Below are positions 43,880 to 52,960 of a stretch of 64,000 bases of DNA, piece after piece. The position numbers and the translations under genes were made by a program. The notes beneath the pieces were generated by a model. It did no database searches and had not been told where the DNA came from. It was given only the letters and a program-made list of their open reading frames with translations. Positions within the stretch are counted from its first letter, which is position 1. The number at the start of each line of letters is the position of its first letter. The DNA is from Alphaproteobacteria bacterium. GTDB taxonomy: Bacteria > Pseudomonadota > Alphaproteobacteria > RF32 > CAG-239. Location of the stretch: assembly GCA_045537965.1 (NCBI GenBank), contig JAZSQL010000050.1, positions 12,096 to 76,095 on the forward strand. The letters run 5' to 3'.

Positions 43880-45033
43880 CCCTGTGATGTTACATTATGA
43901 CTGAATTTTAGAGTTTTACGCATAGCTTTGTCTGCGCGCATAAGCACTTCTACTGCACTAGCATCGCTACGTTTTTTATCTGCAACACTGCATGATACTG
44001 TTAATTTTATGGGCTTTTGATTTTTTGACCACGAAAAACTTAGACGAGCTATTGAGCGACGTATATCATCTAGATGGGCAAAGGCTTCTTTTTTATCCAT
44101 AGTTTTGTATAAAATTATAAATTGATCTGGAGCATAACGAAATATTGACTGTTCTGTAGCCATAGTTTGTAAAACTTCAGCGACAAGAGAAGTTATTACT
44201 CCTTGTTTTCTTGCACCAAACGATATTCCTAGTTTATCATAATTATCGATACTAACTATACCCAAACTATATTTAAGAGGAAAATTTTTTGACTGTATAA
44301 GGTAAGAATTGCGACTATAAAAACCTGTTACCTCATCATAAAAATGGTTGTATATCAGACTATATATAAGATGCATACTTAGAAATAATTGGGACAAAAA
44401 AAAGAATAAACTTAATCCTGAAAAATTTGATGAATAGTAAAAACCCAAACCTATGCTAATAGATGAATACAAAAATGCATAATCAAATAAACTTCCTGTT
44501 TTTATTGAATTAATTAAAGCACATAATATAAGAAAAACAAATCCAATCAACGCAATAATATTAATGTTACTTATAAATAATATTAGATTAATATTATAAT
44601 GACCTAGCTGTTCAACAATACCATACTCAGCTAAAATTGCCGCTAATATCCAGAGAGATTTTCGGCTTAAAAATTTTTTACTGTAGCACATATAAAAAAC
44701 TAATAAATTTATTGGTGTTAAGATACAGAGCATCTCATACCATATTGTTTCGAAATAGTTGTTTCCATAGCGATTTTTTAGATAATTTATCAATATGTAG
44801 CTGATGGCAATTACAACTGTAGAAAATAGAGAACGCCCTAAGTTAAAATTTAATAAAACTACTACGTTTATAAAAACAAGGGCATAAAAAGACCAGTGAA
44901 AAATCTTACTATTGGAGAAACTAAAACCATCGTTTAGCAAAAAAGAAAACAAACCAAAAGCAAATATAATGGCTGGAACCAACATGTTGCTAATAGTCGG
45001 TAGATATTTTTCTAATGTCTGCTGTAAACGCAA
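43876..45033 (-). CDS. polytopic membrane protein with degenerate GGDEF domain
   Basis: ~230 aa of TM helices, then DEVTGFYSRNSY...LGIVSIDNYDKL...FRYAPDQFIILY...ADKAMRKTL. The fold signature of diguanylate cyclases is present, but GG(D/E)EF is replaced by APDQF. The start is ambiguous (TTG 45033 or ATG 44985). Confidence 0.6.
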   Translation of the reverse strand: MRLQQTLEKYLPTISNMLVPAIIFAFGLFSFLLNDGFSFSNSKIFHWSFYALVFINVVVLLNFNLGRSLFSTVVIAISYILINYLKNRYGNNYFETIWYEMLCILTPINLLVFYMCYSKKFLSRKSLWILAAILAEYGIVEQLGHYNINLILFISNINIIALIGFVFLILCALINSIKTGSLFDYAFLYSSISIGLGFYYSSNFSGLSLFFFLSQLFLSMHLIYSLIYNHFYDEVTGFYSRNSYLIQSKNFPLKYSLGIVSIDNYDKLGISFGARKQGVITSLVAEVLQTMATEQSIFRYAPDQFIILYKTMDKKEAFAHLDDIRRSIARLSFSWSKNQKPIKLTVSCSVADKKRSDASAVEVLMRADKAMRKTLKFSHNVTSQG

Positions 45034-45084
45034 TTTGAATGTATCCCTTTAATATTTTTATTAAGAGAGTATATTCAAAAAAAG

Positions 45085-46170
45085 TTAAATTTTATTTACG
45101 CATTTCAATATTGAACTATCACCATAAGAATAAAAACGATATTTTTCTTCAATAGCATGAGTATACGCCTTTTGCATTCTTTCCAAACCTGCAACTGCCG
45201 ATACCAACATAAATAATGTAGATTTAGGCAGATGAAAGTTTGTTATAAGCATATCAATTGCTTTAAATTTGTATCCTGGGGTAATAAATATATCTGTATC
45301 ATTGGCAAATGGATGTACAATTCCTTTATCATCAGTAGCTGATTCTAGCAATCTTAAAGATGTTGTTCCTACAGCTATTACCCTTCCACCATTTTTTTTG
45401 GCATCGTTTATAATATTTGCCGTTTCTGCACTAATTATACCATATTCAGCATGCATTTTATGATCATCTGTATCATCTGTTTTTATGGGTAAAAATGTAC
45501 CTGCTCCGACATGAAGTGTTACAAATACCTGTTTAACCCCTTTTTCTTTAAGCTTTTGCAATACTTCTGGCGTGAAATGTAGCCCAGCCGTTGGTGCTGC
45601 GACCGCCCCCTCATTATGAGCATAAATAGTCTGATAATTTTCCCTATCATCAAATTTATGCCATAATTGATTTTCTCCTGGACGAGACCTTTTTATATAT
45701 GGAGGCAAAGGCATATAACCAAACTTTTCTAGCATTACTGGCAATTCGGTTGTTAGGCAATTGAATTTTAATAATACTCCATCTTCAACATCTTTTTGAA
45801 TAACTGTTGCCGAAAATGAAGATTGAGTAACATCTATTTCTTCATTGTAAAAAGCAATAATATCTCCAACTTTAAGACGTTTGGCATTTTTAATAAAAGA
45901 CCACCACGACAAACCATCTACAGGGTGATACAATGTTACCTCGACTTTAGCATCTCCTCTTTGTGCGTATAAACGAGCGGGAATCACTTTTGTATCATTA
46001 CAAACTAAAATATCGCCAGCTTGGAGTATATTTGGTAGATCTGAAAAATGGCGATCATATATCGCATTCTCATCAGACAGATCCAAAAGTCTTGACGTGT
46101 GTCTAGGCGTTACCGGTTGCGATGCAATTAATTCGCGTGGAAGTTTGTAATCAAAAATATCTACTTTCAT
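45085..46170 (-). CDS. queA: S-adenosylmethionine:tRNA ribosyltransferase-isomerase
   Basis: FDYKLPRELIASQP, LPPYIKR, YQTIYA, GAVAAPTAGLHFT, VTLHVGAGTF and AVGTTSLR(L)LES motifs. Confidence 0.9.
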   Translation of the reverse strand: MKVDIFDYKLPRELIASQPVTPRHTSRLLDLSDENAIYDRHFSDLPNILQAGDILVCNDTKVIPARLYAQRGDAKVEVTLYHPVDGLSWWSFIKNAKRLKVGDIIAFYNEEIDVTQSSFSATVIQKDVEDGVLLKFNCLTTELPVMLEKFGYMPLPPYIKRSRPGENQLWHKFDDRENYQTIYAHNEGAVAAPTAGLHFTPEVLQKLKEKGVKQVFVTLHVGAGTFLPIKTDDTDDHKMHAEYGIISAETANIINDAKKNGGRVIAVGTTSLRLLESATDDKGIVHPFANDTDIFITPGYKFKAIDMLITNFHLPKSTLFMLVSAVAGLERMQKAYTHAIEEKYRFYSYGDSSILKCVNKI

Positions 46171-46244
46171 TTATATCTCTCTTATCAAAATTTTTTGCTT
46201 TATATTATAAAGTTACCTTTTTAGCAACTATTTTATAGCAATAT

Positions 46245-46970
46245 TTATGACAATACTCTTGCTATAGTTAAATTATCTATTGATTTTGGTTTTGCTTTTT
46301 TTATAGCTTTTGCACATTCATTTAATGTGCTTCCTGTTGTTAAAATATCATCAATTAATAATACTCTTTTATTCTGCAGTACCTGAGGCTTTTTGATATA
46401 AAAAGCTCCTTTTAAATTGCTTAATCTCTCTGTTCCTGAACATTCAACTTGTGGACGTGTTCTTTTATTTTTGATAATTGCATCGTATTCAACTTTTATT
46501 CCTGTAATACGTCCTAATTCTTTAGCTAAAAGAGATGATTGATTATAACGTCTGTATAAGAGGCGGGTATAATGCAATGGTACGGGAACAATTATGTCAA
46601 TACCTGCTGCAAATATATCTTTACCTGCTACATAAATAATTTTTGCTAACAATGATGCTAAATCTGTTTTATCATAAAATTTAAAATCTAATATTAATTT
46701 TTTAGAAAAATCGTCATAAGAATATGCAGAACGAGAATAACGAAATAGCTTATTTGGCTTTTTAATACAATTACCACATAATAGGTGCTTTTTTGAGCTT
46801 GTTTTACCCTCTAAAAGAGGATTGCCACAACGATAACATATAGCTGTATTTATAAATTCTATTTTAGAAATACAATTATCACAAATACCTTTATCTATCT
46901 CTAACACCTTTCCACAAATAGCACAACGTGGTGGTAAAATAAAATTAAGTATTTGTTTCCACAAACTCAT
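46245..46970 (-). CDS. ComF-family phosphoribosyltransferase-domain protein
   Basis: N-terminal double CxxC zinc ribbon (CAICG...CDNC, CYRCG...CGNC) and the PRTase motif VLLIDDILTTGST. The start overlaps the sucD-like stop by ATGA. Confidence 0.75.
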   Translation of the reverse strand: MSLWKQILNFILPPRCAICGKVLEIDKGICDNCISKIEFINTAICYRCGNPLLEGKTSSKKHLLCGNCIKKPNKLFRYSRSAYSYDDFSKKLILDFKFYDKTDLASLLAKIIYVAGKDIFAAGIDIIVPVPLHYTRLLYRRYNQSSLLAKELGRITGIKVEYDAIIKNKRTRPQVECSGTERLSNLKGAFYIKKPQVLQNKRVLLIDDILTTGSTLNECAKAIKKAKPKSIDNLTIARVLS

Positions 46971-47836
46971 TTAAATTTTGCCAATTCTAAATGTATATCA
47001 TTTATATGATTAACAACTGTAATTCCAGCAGAAATTAATGCATCTTTTTTATCTAAAACTGAAATATATCCATCAGTTATAATATCACCTGCATATCCCA
47101 TTTTATGTCCGAAGGGTATTGCATTACCTGCAACAAAAGCAATGACAGGTTTTTTATTTTCTAAATTTTTATACCATTCTGCTGCAACTTCTTCAAAAGC
47201 TCCTCCTAATTGACCAACCATAACAATTGCTGTAGTATCTTTATCTGCGTGGAACGCTTTTAGAGCATCTATAAAATCAATACCAATTAAAACATCATCA
47301 CCTAAGCCTATAACTGTAGATTGCCCCATTCCTGCTCTTTTTGTTTCAAGAACCGCTTCATAAGTTAATGTTGATGATCTTGATACAAGACCTATATTAC
47401 CTTTGGTATGAATATTTTCAGGAAAAATTCCTAATCTTGCCTCTCCTGGAGTAATAATTCCAGGTGTGTTAGGACCAATGAGTTTTGTTTTTGAACCTTT
47501 AAGCATTGCTTTTATTTCTAGCATATCTCTAAGAGGGACACTATCGGCAATACTAACAACCAAGTCTAATTCTGCTTCTACAGCTTCTTTTACCGCCAAT
47601 TTTACTGCCTTAGCTGGCACATACATAACACTGGCTGTTGCTCCTGTTTCCGTAACAGCTTCTTTTACTGTATCAAAAACAGGTAAATTAAGATGAAAAC
47701 TGCCACCCTTTCCTGGTGTTACACCTGCAACAACTTTGGTTCCATAATCTAAGGAACGTTGAATATGAAAAGATGCTTGAGTACCTGTGATACCTTGACA
47801 TAAAACTTTGGTATTCTTATTAACAAAAATGGACAT
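46967..47836 (-). CDS. sucD: succinyl-CoA ligase alpha-subunit homolog lacking the catalytic histidine
   Basis: Colinear with E. coli SucD (CQGITGTQASFH, GVTPGKGG, GATASVMYVP, GPNTPGIITPGE, VSRSSTLTYEA, GQSTVIGLG). The phosphohistidine loop reads KMGYAGDII rather than RMGHAGAII. The Tyr codon TAT is the reverse complement of 47093-47095. Confidence 0.7.
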   Translation of the reverse strand: MSIFVNKNTKVLCQGITGTQASFHIQRSLDYGTKVVAGVTPGKGGSFHLNLPVFDTVKEAVTETGATASVMYVPAKAVKLAVKEAVEAELDLVVSIADSVPLRDMLEIKAMLKGSKTKLIGPNTPGIITPGEARLGIFPENIHTKGNIGLVSRSSTLTYEAVLETKRAGMGQSTVIGLGDDVLIGIDFIDALKAFHADKDTTAIVMVGQLGGAFEEVAAEWYKNLENKKPVIAFVAGNAIPFGHKMGYAGDIITDGYISVLDKKDALISAGITVVNHINDIHLELAKFK

Positions 47837-49039
47837 TTAAGCAGCCTCCTCCATTGCACTAACAAGTTTATCGACTGATTCTTCCATTGTATCTGCCCAA
47901 ATAATAGGCAGACGTGAGTTTTGCAAAATCTCTTTAGCTAAATCTTTATTTGTTCCTTCAAAACGTACAACCATTGGGACATTTAGACCAACCTCTGATG
48001 CTGCAGCTACAATACCATCAGCAATTAAGTTACAACGTAGAAAACCTCCTAAAATATTAAGCAAAATTCCCTCTACTCGCGGATTAGTCATAATAATTTT
48101 GATACCTGAAGCAATTTTATCTTTATCAACACCACCTTTTACATTGATAAAACATGCCGTCCCTGTATTTTTGTCTCTTAACAAATCCATTGCAGCCAAT
48201 GCCAACCCATCACCGTTTACAATACACCCAACAGAACCATCAAATTCACTGTAATTAAATTTGTAACGAGATGCCTGTAATTCTCGACCAGATATTTCAC
48301 AATCGTCTTTTAAGTTTTGAATATCAGTATGACGATAAAGCGCATTGTCATCAAAAGATATTTTTGCATCAAGTGCTATTAATTCACCATTTTTCATAAC
48401 GCCAACGGGATTTATCTCAATCATTGAGCAATCTTTTTCTAAAAATACTTTGTGCAAACAATTAACCAAGTTTTCTAAGTGTTTGGCTGAGCGGGACGGA
48501 AGGTTTAAAAAATCCATAACTTTCCTAACTTGTTCTGGCTTAGTATCACCATTTGCATCAAGTTTTATTTTTAATATTTTGTTAGCATGATTAAGAGCAA
48601 CTTTTAAAATATCACTATCTTTTACCTTGGCGACCAATAAAGTCAGCTCTGCTTTTACTCTATTTATAGCTATAGCCATATAAAAGTGGGTTTCTACTTT
48701 ACTAAAAGCTTCAACATATATACGGCTTACTTTTTTACCCCAAGGTCCTGTTTGCATGGTAACAAGGGTAGATCCTAACATTTGTTTTGCGGTCTCAAAA
48801 ATATGGCGTTTAGATTTTATAATTCTTATTCCACCATCTTTTCCAGCCTCTCTTTCAAGAAAATATCCTTTATGACGAGCTCCTGATTGTATTTGCGCTT
48901 TTAAAACCCACGGACCTCTAGGAGAAATTCGTTCAGATATAGTTTTGGCTTCGCTTGGAGTGTATGCAATCATCCCTTTAGGAATTTTTATTCCATATTG
49001 GCTTAATATTTTTTTTGCTTGATATTCGTGAATATTCAT
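47837..49039 (-). CDS. sucC: succinyl-CoA ligase beta-subunit homolog (ATP-grasp), divergent
   Basis: MNIHEYQAKKIL, IEINP, GCIVNGDGLALAAMD and NILGGFLRCNLIADGI are colinear with SucC. The glycine-rich loop GGRGKAGGV is replaced by SGARHKGYFLEREAGKDGGI, and FLDVGGGA by FINVKGGV. Confidence 0.7.
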   Translation of the reverse strand: MNIHEYQAKKILSQYGIKIPKGMIAYTPSEAKTISERISPRGPWVLKAQIQSGARHKGYFLEREAGKDGGIRIIKSKRHIFETAKQMLGSTLVTMQTGPWGKKVSRIYVEAFSKVETHFYMAIAINRVKAELTLLVAKVKDSDILKVALNHANKILKIKLDANGDTKPEQVRKVMDFLNLPSRSAKHLENLVNCLHKVFLEKDCSMIEINPVGVMKNGELIALDAKISFDDNALYRHTDIQNLKDDCEISGRELQASRYKFNYSEFDGSVGCIVNGDGLALAAMDLLRDKNTGTACFINVKGGVDKDKIASGIKIIMTNPRVEGILLNILGGFLRCNLIADGIVAAASEVGLNVPMVVRFEGTNKDLAKEILQNSRLPIIWADTMEESVDKLVSAMEEAA

Positions 49040-49054
49040 AAAACACCCCTTTTA

Positions 49055-49456
49055 TCATAAAATATTCGCATAATGCTTTATTTTTTCAACCATCGCCTCC
49101 AAACCATTACGTCTTGAAGGGGTAAGATGTTCTTGTAAACCTAACTGTGAAAAGATATCATTAATTATAATTGATTTTATTTCCTCTGCAGACTTGTTGT
49201 TATATATCATCAAGACAATTGCTATAAGCCCTTTTACAATCATAGCATCACTATCACCGATAAATTTAAGTGTACCATTATTTTGTTTTTGAGGAACCAA
49301 CCAAACTTGCGACTGGCATCCTTTTACTTGCCAATCCGGTGTGTGAAATTCTTCGGCTAAAGGATCTAATTTTTCACCAAGCTCTATTATGTATTTATAC
49401 TTGTCTTCCCACGAATCCAAAAATTCAAAATTTTCAATCAACTCTTCTGTCTTCAT
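49055..49456 (-). CDS. sufE: cysteine desulfuration (sulfur acceptor) protein SufE
   Basis: WEDKYKYIIELG and VKGCQSQVWL (acceptor Cys) with SDAMIVKGL. 133 aa. Confidence 0.85.
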   Translation of the reverse strand: MKTEELIENFEFLDSWEDKYKYIIELGEKLDPLAEEFHTPDWQVKGCQSQVWLVPQKQNNGTLKFIGDSDAMIVKGLIAIVLMIYNNKSAEEIKSIIINDIFSQLGLQEHLTPSRRNGLEAMVEKIKHYANIL

Positions 49457-50085
49457 AAATCCAACTTTCCAAAAATTGCTATTTTAGAACCAGTTAATTT
49501 TGCCCATAACCTATCACCGAAGGAATAATGCCACCATTCCGACGGATAATTAACAAAACCGACTTCACTTAATGCATTATTTAATATTTTTCTGTTTTTT
49601 TCAGCTTCTTTCGAAATATCCGGACAATCAAATTCTGCTGTGTTTTCAAATCCTCGTACTTGTCCCCCCATATCATATTCAACACCATTGTCATCAATCA
49701 ATGATACATCTATGGCTGCACCTGATTGATGCCCGCTTCCTTGTCGATAAGGGTTGGCCACAAACTTGTCGCACAAGGCTATAAAGTCTTCAGAATCGAC
49801 TGACATATCCGGATTTTTTATTTTCTCTTTTTCTATGATTTCGTTCCATAACGTAATTTGCGAAGCCAATGGACGATAAGCTTCATAAATCACAAAATTA
49901 TATCCCTGCGGCAATTTTTTTTTTGCTTTCAACAACATTTCATATATGTACTTACGTATCAGCTTTACTTTTGTGTATTTATCGTTAAAAAAAATGCCGT
50001 CGTTCTGTGATATTTCGACCACTTGAAACGAATCATCAATTTCTTGTATGAGTTTTGGTTCCGGCAGCAAGGCATCGCTAAACAT
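49453..50085 (-). CDS. VanX/DdpX-type D-alanyl-D-alanine dipeptidase (M15D)
   Basis: YEAYRP, SGHQSGAAIDVSL (Zn ligands His/Asp) and EWWHYSF motifs are intact. The stop overlaps the sufE start by ATGA. Confidence 0.75.
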   Translation of the reverse strand: MFSDALLPEPKLIQEIDDSFQVVEISQNDGIFFNDKYTKVKLIRKYIYEMLLKAKKKLPQGYNFVIYEAYRPLASQITLWNEIIEKEKIKNPDMSVDSEDFIALCDKFVANPYRQGSGHQSGAAIDVSLIDDNGVEYDMGGQVRGFENTAEFDCPDISKEAEKNRKILNNALSEVGFVNYPSEWWHYSFGDRLWAKLTGSKIAIFGKLDL

Positions 50086-50086
50086 A

Positions 50087-50764
50087 TTATTTCCTTTTTG
50101 CTTTATTACTTATCAACAAAGCTATCAAATCAGGCATTTTTTTATTAAACGGACAACTGCGATAAAAATCTTTTTTACTAACTTCGAAAACGACCCTCGG
50201 TTCAGAATTACCATAGTGTGAGGCATCTTTATAGCCGACTTTTTTTCCGCCGATTTTTTCAATCAAATTACGTGAAAACTTATTATTAGGATGAGTTGTT
50301 ACATCTAATTTGTCATATTTTTTAAAAAAATAGTGAGTTAAGCCTCTTACAGCTTCAATAGCATAACCTTTTGAGCCATATTCAGGATTTATGAAATATC
50401 CCAAATCACCGTAAATTGTCTTTCCGTCTTCTTTAATCGGTAACATATCTATTGTGGTATTACCGATTAAGGTACCATCTTTTAACCTTACTGCCATACG
50501 ATAGGTCGAACGAGGCTCGGCATTCTTTTCTTTATCAGCCTTAATAATAAAATCAGCGACTTTTTGACGTATTTTGGCATTACGATTTTCTTCCTCTTTG
50601 GCAACCTGAAAGGTATAAAAAGGACAATATCCGTCAACATAATGAATATCGGCATTTTCATTTATCTTAAATGCGATTTGTTGCAAAGCCTCAAAATCAG
50701 AATTCTTAAATTCATCGATTATCAGACGATCGGTTTCTATCGGTATAAAATTTTCTTTTTGCAT
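50087..50764 (-). CDS. GNAT-family N-acetyltransferase (RimJ/RimL-like)
   Basis: IETDRLIIDEF..., GDLGYFINPEYGSKGYAIEAV (acetyl-CoA binding region), HPNNKFSRNLIEKIG. ATG at 50764 preferred. The stop lies 1 nt before the vanX-like start. Confidence 0.65.
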   Translation of the reverse strand: MQKENFIPIETDRLIIDEFKNSDFEALQQIAFKINENADIHYVDGYCPFYTFQVAKEEENRNAKIRQKVADFIIKADKEKNAEPRSTYRMAVRLKDGTLIGNTTIDMLPIKEDGKTIYGDLGYFINPEYGSKGYAIEAVRGLTHYFFKKYDKLDVTTHPNNKFSRNLIEKIGGKKVGYKDASHYGNSEPRVVFEVSKKDFYRSCPFNKKMPDLIALLISNKAKRK

Positions 50765-50881
50765 GGACGAATATTCCCTATCAAATGTTATTGAACTTAA
50801 TAACATTAAATAAGCAAAACTGCAATAAATATTTTAGGAGATACATACAATACTAACCAGTATTGAAGATAAACAAATATT

Positions 50882-50905
50882 CAGCCAAGAAAAATTTCTT
50901 GGCTG
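50882..50905 (-). terminator. hairpin terminator downstream of paralog 1
   Basis: CAGCCAAGA / TCTTGGCTG stem with an AAAAT loop and a T-run on the minus strand. Confidence 0.65.
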
Positions 50906-50918
50906 AATAAAATGTTTT

Positions 50919-51500
50919 TTACTGAAAAGCTACGCAAATACGGGCACCGCTGAAGCACATATCCTTAAAGTACCAATTAGCACGGCCTTTCAGCGTGACA
51001 TAACCGGAATCAGTTCGACCAAAGTCCCCAGAACACCAAAGAAGAGTAGCTTTAAATTCTTTCTGGGCATTAATGCCATTCTTGCAAAGGAATTCATCCA
51101 TTTTTTGGATATTTTCCTCTAATTCCTGGCCACAGATCTTAGCTAACACTTCTTTTGAAGGTAGCTCACCTTGCTTGCCGTTCAAACTACATCGTTCGGC
51201 AAAGGATTTGACATGATCCCATGTGGTAGTTTCATAATTGCCATCGCCACCACATTTTTTGGCTAAAATTATGCCTGACAGAATCTCATAGCCCCAGACT
51301 TCATCTTTGCGTGCTAAATCTAGATATGGTAAAATCTCAAAATCATTTCCCTTTTTGTAAACTATAGGGAAAATGCTCTTGATACCTCCTGTAGACTCAG
51401 CTGTCGATGATGTATGACGAGACTGGAACCATTGAGCAAGTTTTTCTTCATTAATAATATTTAATGAGGCGACAAAATCTTTTAATTTTTCTGTGTTCAT
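50919..51500 (-). CDS. hypothetical protein, paralog 1 (193 aa), possibly DUF1566/Lcl-C-terminal-like
   Basis: TTWDHVKSFAERCSLNGKQGELPSKEVL resembles the DUF1566 pattern (W..A..yC..l...g.rLPt.eEL). The C-terminus LLWCSG...ARICVAF resembles yWSS...vRcV. No signal peptide. Confidence 0.5.
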   Translation of the reverse strand: MNTEKLKDFVASLNIINEEKLAQWFQSRHTSSTAESTGGIKSIFPIVYKKGNDFEILPYLDLARKDEVWGYEILSGIILAKKCGGDGNYETTTWDHVKSFAERCSLNGKQGELPSKEVLAKICGQELEENIQKMDEFLCKNGINAQKEFKATLLWCSGDFGRTDSGYVTLKGRANWYFKDMCFSGARICVAFQ

Positions 51501-51693
51501 ATCATTTTATTTTTTGGGTTTATACTTCCTTCTCAAATACAAAATATTATTATGAAAACAAACATGTTATCCAACATAATCCCTCCATAATAATATTATG
51601 AATATGTTCCATACATACGACATCTTAAGCAAAACTGCAATAAATATTTTGGGAAAATACATATAATATTAGCCAATATTAAAGATAAAAAAT

Positions 51694-51730
51694 ATGCAAC
51701 CAAGAAAATTTTCTTGGTTGCATATTTTTT
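51694..51730 (-). terminator. hairpin terminator downstream of paralog 2
   Basis: TGCAACCAAGAAAA / TTTTCTTGGTTGCA stem followed by a T-run on the minus strand. Confidence 0.65.
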
Positions 51731-51732
51731 TA

Positions 51733-52326
51733 CTAGAAAGCTACGACAACACGGTTGTAACTGCGGGTATGGGTCTTAATGCCCCAATGCGCCTCGCCAG
51801 TATCCAGACTGAAAGTACAGGCATTATCCCGGTCAAAGACATCAGAACACCAAAAAATACCTACACAATCTTTCTCGGCATCAATGCCATTCTTGCAAAG
51901 GAAAGCATCCATTTTTTGAATATTTTCCCTTAATTCCCTGCTCCAGTGTTGCTCCAACAAAAACACATTCTTTGAAAGTAGCTTACCTTGCTTGCCATTC
52001 AACCTGCAACTTTCGGCAAAGGATTTAACTTCGTACCATGTGGTACTTTCAACATTGTTATCACAACCACACTTCCTAGCAAGCACAATACCAGGCATAA
52101 TCTCATATCCCCAGACTTCATCCTTGCGTGCTAAATCAAGCTCTGGTAAAATCTCAAAGTCGTTTCCCTTTTTATAAACTATAGGGAAAATGCTCTTGAT
52201 ACCTCCTGTAGACTTAGGCTTGGATGTTGTTTGGCGTGCCTCAAACCACTCTCTAATTTCTTTCTCATCAATTTTTAACGAGGCTACAAATGCATTCAAA
52301 GCCTCAAATTTTTCTTTTGTCTTCAT
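51733..52326 (-). CDS. hypothetical protein, paralog 2 (197 aa)
   Basis: The central 55 aa are almost identical to paralog 1 (STGGIKSIFPIVYKKGNDFEILP.LDLARKDEVWGYEI). The termini diverge. Confidence 0.5.
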   Translation of the reverse strand: MKTKEKFEALNAFVASLKIDEKEIREWFEARQTTSKPKSTGGIKSIFPIVYKKGNDFEILPELDLARKDEVWGYEIMPGIVLARKCGCDNNVESTTWYEVKSFAESCRLNGKQGKLLSKNVFLLEQHWSRELRENIQKMDAFLCKNGIDAEKDCVGIFWCSDVFDRDNACTFSLDTGEAHWGIKTHTRSYNRVVVAF

Positions 52327-52556
52327 AATTAAAATTTTTAGTTAAGTTTATATTTTTTTTCTCATTCTCACAAACACAAAATATCACTATGAAAACAAAC
52401 GTTGTTTACCAACACAAAAACCCCCATAATAATATTTTGAATTTAGTCATATCTAATCACACTTATACTATAAGTCAAGTATTTTCAACTGTTTTTGTCT
52501 ATATGTCCGTATATATAATGATGCTTTTTTAATGTATTGTTTTATTCTATATATTA

Positions 52557-52946
52557 TTAAAAAAGTTCAAACATTTCTTTGGCTTCATCGCTTAGGTTTG
52601 CTAAGCTCCATGCCGGTTCCCAAACTATTTTCACTTCGACTTCACCAACACCTTCCAATGAAGCTACCGCATCGGCTGCCTGTTGAGGCAATACGCCTGC
52701 CACAGGACACATCGGCGAAGTTACGGTCATCTCAATATAAACATCAGCATTTGCTTTTTGTTCGATTTTATAGACCAAGCCCATGTCCCATATGTTTATC
52801 ATAATTTCGGGGTCTGATACGGTTTTCAAAGCCTCTATAACAGCTTCACGAGTAGCTGTTTTTTCACCTTCTTTTATCGGTGCACCGGCTTTGGCAACAT
52901 AATCTTTCTTGTAATCATCAGGATTTATATCCGTAATTTCTTTCAT
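52557..52946 (-). CDS. sufT: SUF-system Fe-S assembly protein (DUF59 / SufT-like)
   Basis: VIEALKTVSDPEI.INIWDMGLVY...TSPMCPV is the DUF59/MIP18 signature. Last gene of the suf string. Confidence 0.75.
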   Translation of the reverse strand: MKEITDINPDDYKKDYVAKAGAPIKEGEKTATREAVIEALKTVSDPEIMINIWDMGLVYKIEQKANADVYIEMTVTSPMCPVAGVLPQQAADAVASLEGVGEVEVKIVWEPAWSLANLSDEAKEMFELF

Positions 52947-52960
52947 CGTTATAAAAGTCC

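Larger units (their letters stand above)
50807..52440 (-). repeat. tandem ~815-bp segmental duplication (gene plus 5' and 3' flanks)
   Basis: The downstream flanks align (AAGCAAAACTGCAATAAATATTTT.GGA...). So do the upstream flanks (ATGAAAACAAAC.T.TT..CCAACA...CCATAATAATATT). The coding cores are near-identical. Confidence 0.8.
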
